In this document: positions 23,613 through 27,570 of the stretch, piece by piece
Numbering within the stretch: position 1 is the stretch's first letter
How the letters are laid out: each line of letters opens with the position of its first letter
Assembly (NCBI GenBank): GCA_051294375.1
Contig: CM119268.1
Location: 23,934,975 to 23,962,544, forward strand
Direction of reading: 5' to 3'
From: Paraspadella gotoi
Lineage: Eukaryota; Animalia; Chaetognatha
DNA: 27,570 nucleotides
Program-made: the position numbers and the translations under genes
Notes under the pieces: generated by a model
What the model saw: only the letters and a program-made list of their open reading frames with translations
Told to the model about the DNA's origin: nothing
The model's database searches: none

Positions 23613-24354
23613 CGAGTTCAAGATCATTTCACATTTTTTTCTCTCTCTTCTGGTTCAGAGTTTTTATTTTCACAAAATCGTTCACGGTCAAAGAAGATTT
23701 AAAACATCAGTGAAAAGTTGAGGCTAAAAGTTTGATAGTCATTTGTTTTTCTTCTTGTTGTTGTTGTTGTCGTAAATTTTATTATTTTCGTTGTTGTCAT
23801 CATTTGGTTTTCAGTTTTTTGTCAATCAGAGTCACTGACAGTAGCTCACTTCTCTTTCGTTTTCCTTATCATTTCCAGATAGCTTATTTATTAAATGAAT
23901 GGATAACATTTTTATTACTTGTACGAAGTTCATAAAATTCAGCTCCTTGTACTTTGTTACCAGTGCGGAGTAAAATATAGTATTCCCCGATCTAATATTT
24001 AAGGGAGTGGTTTTTTCATACAAATGAAATATTCTTTATAATATTATATCACTTCATTGATAGGAAAGCCAGGTACTATCAGCAATTCAGCATTATCTTG
24101 TAAGAGCTATCGGTTATTTAACTTATTTATTAAATGAATGATTAATTTTTAAATTGGTTGTTTTCTAGGAAATCTTATTTTCTCTTATCTCTTTTTCTCC
24201 TTTTCTTCTCTATTGATTCTCCTCTCTACTCTTCTTTTTTCTAACCTTTTAATCTCCAAATAAATCAAATTCATTTATTTTTCTTTCTCGATTCTCAAAT
24301 CCCTAAATTAATTAATTCGCCGATCGATGCGTTACAATTCGAGATACAATTTCT

Positions 24355-24393
<39 letters not shown>

Positions 24394-24411
24394 CACCCAG
24401 CGAGAGATTCC

Positions 24412-25607
24412 CTGACAGTCCCAGCTCACCCTCTCTCTTCGTTCTTTCTCTCACTCATCTTCCAGATAGCTTCATTCTATTAACTGACTGGATCCACACC
24501 CATTTTCTGTTACTTGTACCGAAGTTCACTCAACACTTCAGCTCCTTCGTTCTCCAGTCCTGCCTTACTCACGTCGCGCGAGTAAAATATCTCCCGTAAA
24601 TCCTTTCCTCCCCGATCTCATCGATTTCACGGACGCTGGTTCTTCCTACAAATGGAACATATCCTCTCTCCACCGAACCTCCAGTCTCCTATCTACAGTC
24701 ACTTCATTGATCCAGGCAAAGCCCACGGTACTATCCACACATCTCACGCCATCTAGCTCTGTACACCAGCCCACAGCGCTTAATTCTACACCTTACTTCT
24801 ATTAATCGTAATGACATTAACTTCTTCTAAAACCTTCGGTTTTTATCTCAAGAAATCTTATTTTCTTACCTATCTCTTATATTCCCTTCTTCTTCTCTAT
24901 TGATTCTGCCTACTCTACTTTTCTATTTTTCATAACCTTTCTAATCTCCAAATAAATCACAAATTCATTAAGTATTTCTTTCTTCAGTACTCAAAATCCC
25001 CTAAATTAATTACATTACAGCACGATCGATGCCGTCTACAAATTCGCACGATAACAATTTCTGAGCAGAACAGAGAGAGCACGAGACGCAGAGAGCCAGC
25101 GCAGACGCCCGAGGACGACGCAGCGAAACGAAGCCAGAGACGAGAGACCGAGAGATGAGAGAGTATCTATGTCCTACTTTAATACATTCGGCCTGACGCC
25201 CTCAAACTCCAAAGAAAGACCACATCCTTCCACCCGACACACTCCACCCAAACAGCAAAAGCGCCAGACGAAGACCGCCCACGCACCGCACCGCCCACCG
25301 ACCGACCGCACGACCGAGAGAGAGAGAGAGCACCGACGCAGACGCCAGCCAGCAGAGACCGAGCACGCAGACCGACGCACGAGCACCGTGACGCCAGAGA
25401 GGATTTGGCAGCCTCCTCCGGTGACCCACTCGGCCGTCTTAAGAAATCTCCCTCCTAGAAATTTTATTCAAATTAATTGTTTCTGTGGAATTTGCGCGCC
25501 AGATATAAACATCGCACGCAGACACACGCACATCACCCAGCAGAGCAGAGCCAGCCCACGCACGCACGCCACGCACCGACCCGCACCGACCCCAGCACTC
25601 CCCCGGC
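24412..25607 (+). repeat. Third, C-enriched noisy copy of ~8984-10100 (overlapping 23835-24390)
   Basis: Anchors ttccagatagctt, ttacttgtac, cacttcattgat, aatctccaaataaatca, ttctgtggaattt; ends at a 25-N gap. Confidence 0.88.
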
Positions 25608-25779
25608 NNNNNNNNNNNNNNNNNNNNNNNNNTATCTAGTTACTTTAATTAATTGTCGTTGACCCAAATTGAAAAGAAAAAGAAAATTTACGAAAATAAG
25701 AAAAGAAAAAGGAGAGAGAGAAGAGAGAAGGGCGTTTTCTCTGTAAGAAGATCGATCGTCAATTTCAAACTCGATTTCA

Positions 25780-25980
25780 TTTTGAAGTCAGTCAGTCTAT
25801 TTTAAGTTCCGTGGTCTGTCGGTCGGACGGTCGGTCGGTCAGTATGTCTGTCTGTCGGTCTTTCCCAGTTAAAAGTTAAAAATGGTCGATACTTTGGTAA
25901 TACTTCTTCAATTAAGTTCATATTTGGTACGATAGTGAAAAAGCGATCGCGTGATCCACAATTCATTGCGGTTTCAATTT
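25780..25980 (+). mobile_element. Possible 5' part of a second DINE/HINE-like element (duplicate at ~10165-10385)
   Basis: (GTCN)n tract gtctgtcggtcggacggtcggtcggtcagtatgtctgtctgtcggtc at ~25814-25860, followed by aagttcatatttggtac. Termini not identified. Confidence 0.3.
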
Positions 25981-26414
25981 CGTTGCTCTTATGTTTATTT
26001 TGCTGAACCTTGAATCTGAGCGACTGCTAGCGCCTCCTGTTGTTTCAAAAAAAATATAACAAATAAAAGATTGAATTCTGTTGCAGTGCGTTTCAGGTTA
26101 TCACTCGGAAATACACTTTGATCGAGTCACGATTCTTTATTTGGCATTTCAAGGAATTATTGTTTAAATCGTTTTAATACATAAGTTCATGGTTATGTAG
26201 ACAGTAGAAGACAATAACAAATACAAAGTTGTTTCTTTTAATAGCAAAAAGTATGTGACCTAAAATGTAAAACTTAACAATTTATTAGAAACTTATTCTT
26301 TACAGAAAAAATAATCATTTTTCATTAGACAAATACTTACATCCTTTTTAGCCAGAAGTAAGCAAACCTCAGTGACTCAAACAAGTGAAGCTGCCTTTAA
26401 TATGAGGGAGCGAC

Positions 26415-26844
26415 TGTGGATAAGACGGCTACAGCTGACTGGAAGACTTACTATCATATCGGCATCAAGGCAAGCCATAGGAGAGCGGGTCCTGGGTTGG
26501 AACCAAGGCTTTGAGGGAATTTCGACAGGCCACAGAAGGCGGTTTACGGCAGGGTAAGTACGGCGTGGGGATATAATTGAACAAGCCTGGCATCCACATC
26601 TGCTCAACTCTCTACTCTCTCACTCTCTACTCTTCTCTTTGTCTCTNNNNNNNNNNNNNNNNNNNNNNNNNCTCTCTTTACGGCAGGGTAGGTACCGGGA
26701 TAGGATTGAAGCTGGCACCCAGTGGTGAGCCACAGGGTCACAACTGAGAGTGTCATGCTTATAGGCGTGGTGAACTTATGCTATGCTTGACTACATGACT
26801 TATGTTTCTTAAAATATAACATAACATAACATAACATAACATAA
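26415..26844 (+). mobile_element. Second, inverted member of the same SINE-like family, followed by (ATAAC)5; split by a 25-N gap
   Basis: GGGTCCTGGGTTGGAACCAAGG at 26487-26508. The body resumes after the gap at 26678 with an overlap (tttacggcagggta on both sides). ATAAC x5 at 26816-26840. Confidence 0.5.
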
Positions 26845-27371
26845 AACGAGTTAGTAATATAGTATAAAGAAGGAATTACTATTGTCAGCAGGATACAAGT
26901 TTTTTCACTCAGGATAAGATTTATTTATTGTAGTGATTTGTAAATTATTACGTAAGTGCTTAACATCTAGTTTTAACATCAATTTCTTTAGAATTGAATG
27001 CTACATGTTATCTCNNNNNNNNNNNNNNNNNNNNNNNNNNNNNNNNNNNNNNNNNNNNNNNNNNNNNNNNNNNNNNNNNNNNNNNNNNNNNNNNNNNNNN
27101 NNNNNNNNNNNNNNNNNNNCTCTCTCTCTCTCTCTCTCTATTTCTTTCCGTTAATTGTCTTTTTCCCTCTTTTTCTTTTTTCTCTTTTTCTTCCCAAAAA
27201 AATAAATTCGCAAAAAATCGTTAATTTAAAAAAAAAGAAGAAAAAGAACCTAAATTAGTTTTTTAAATGTATTTTGTCTCATCGTATTATTCACTATCAC
27301 AATATCATAATCAATTTAAACATTACGTATCTAAAAATGATCATGAATATCATTATCGATCAAGGACTGTC

Positions 27372-27452
27372 AATGCTGCATAGACTTTGGTTAATGCTGT
27401 ATCGACTTTGGTCATTGTTGCATGGACAGTAATCATTGCAGCATCGACAGCA
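27372..27452 (+). repeat. Diverged 21-bp tandem repeat, ~4 units
   Basis: aatgctgcatagactttggtt / aatgctgtatcgactttggtc / attgttgcatggacagtaatc / attgcagcatcgacagc. Confidence 0.75.
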
Positions 27453-27453
27453 T

Positions 27454-27546
27454 TTCGTGCTGCAGCGAAGAATCATTGAATCTCCGTCAGTTAANNNNNN
27501 NNNNTTCGTGCTGCACACGAAGAATCATTAAATCTCCGTCAGTTAA
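27454..27546 (+). repeat. ~41-bp direct duplication on either side of a 10-N gap
   Basis: ttcgtgctgca...gaagaatcatt(g/a)aatctccgtcagttaa at 27454-27494 and 27505-27546; most likely unmerged overlapping contig ends. Confidence 0.9.
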
Positions 27547-27570
27547 AGATTTTTTCTTCCTCCATTTTTC

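Larger units (their letters stand above)
16170..26305 (+). repeat. Copy 2 of the duplicated segment (indel-noisy, first ~1.7 kb T-to-G converted, lacks the equivalent of ~6495-8710)
   Basis: Same order of unique spacers and minisatellites as 1-10763, at an offset of ~16.2-17.1 kb before the deletion. Window base 1 ttttataaaatatgttatatgatattttaatgtttagact aligns to 16170 ggggagaaagagaggggagaggagaggggaagggggagacg. Confidence 0.93.

Overview
AT-rich, repeat-dense eukaryotic draft-assembly sequence (organism not identifiable here). I can support no protein-coding gene, RNA gene or CRISPR array. Most of the window is one locus written more than once: 1-10763 recurs at about 16170-26305, 7533-8359 recurs at 11104-11811, and 23835-24390 recurs at about 24412-25160. 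The copies differ by dense single-base indels typical of raw long reads. In about 15950-17900 nearly every T is replaced by G, which removes stop codons and creates the long ORFs in the track. Four gaps of exactly 25 N, at least three with duplicated sequence on both sides, point to over-extension by a long-read gap filler (PBJelly-style) rather than a real 16-kb tandem duplication. What remains as plausible biology is a cluster of 8-49 bp minisatellites and microsatellites, a roughly 250-300 bp SINE-like family in two orientations, two segments resembling non-autonomous Helentron/DINE-type elements, a 2.2-kb indel and a sharp breakpoint between copies, and a few weak coding hints. I found no convincing novel biological system. 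Alignments were done by eye and coordinates in noisy stretches are approximate.
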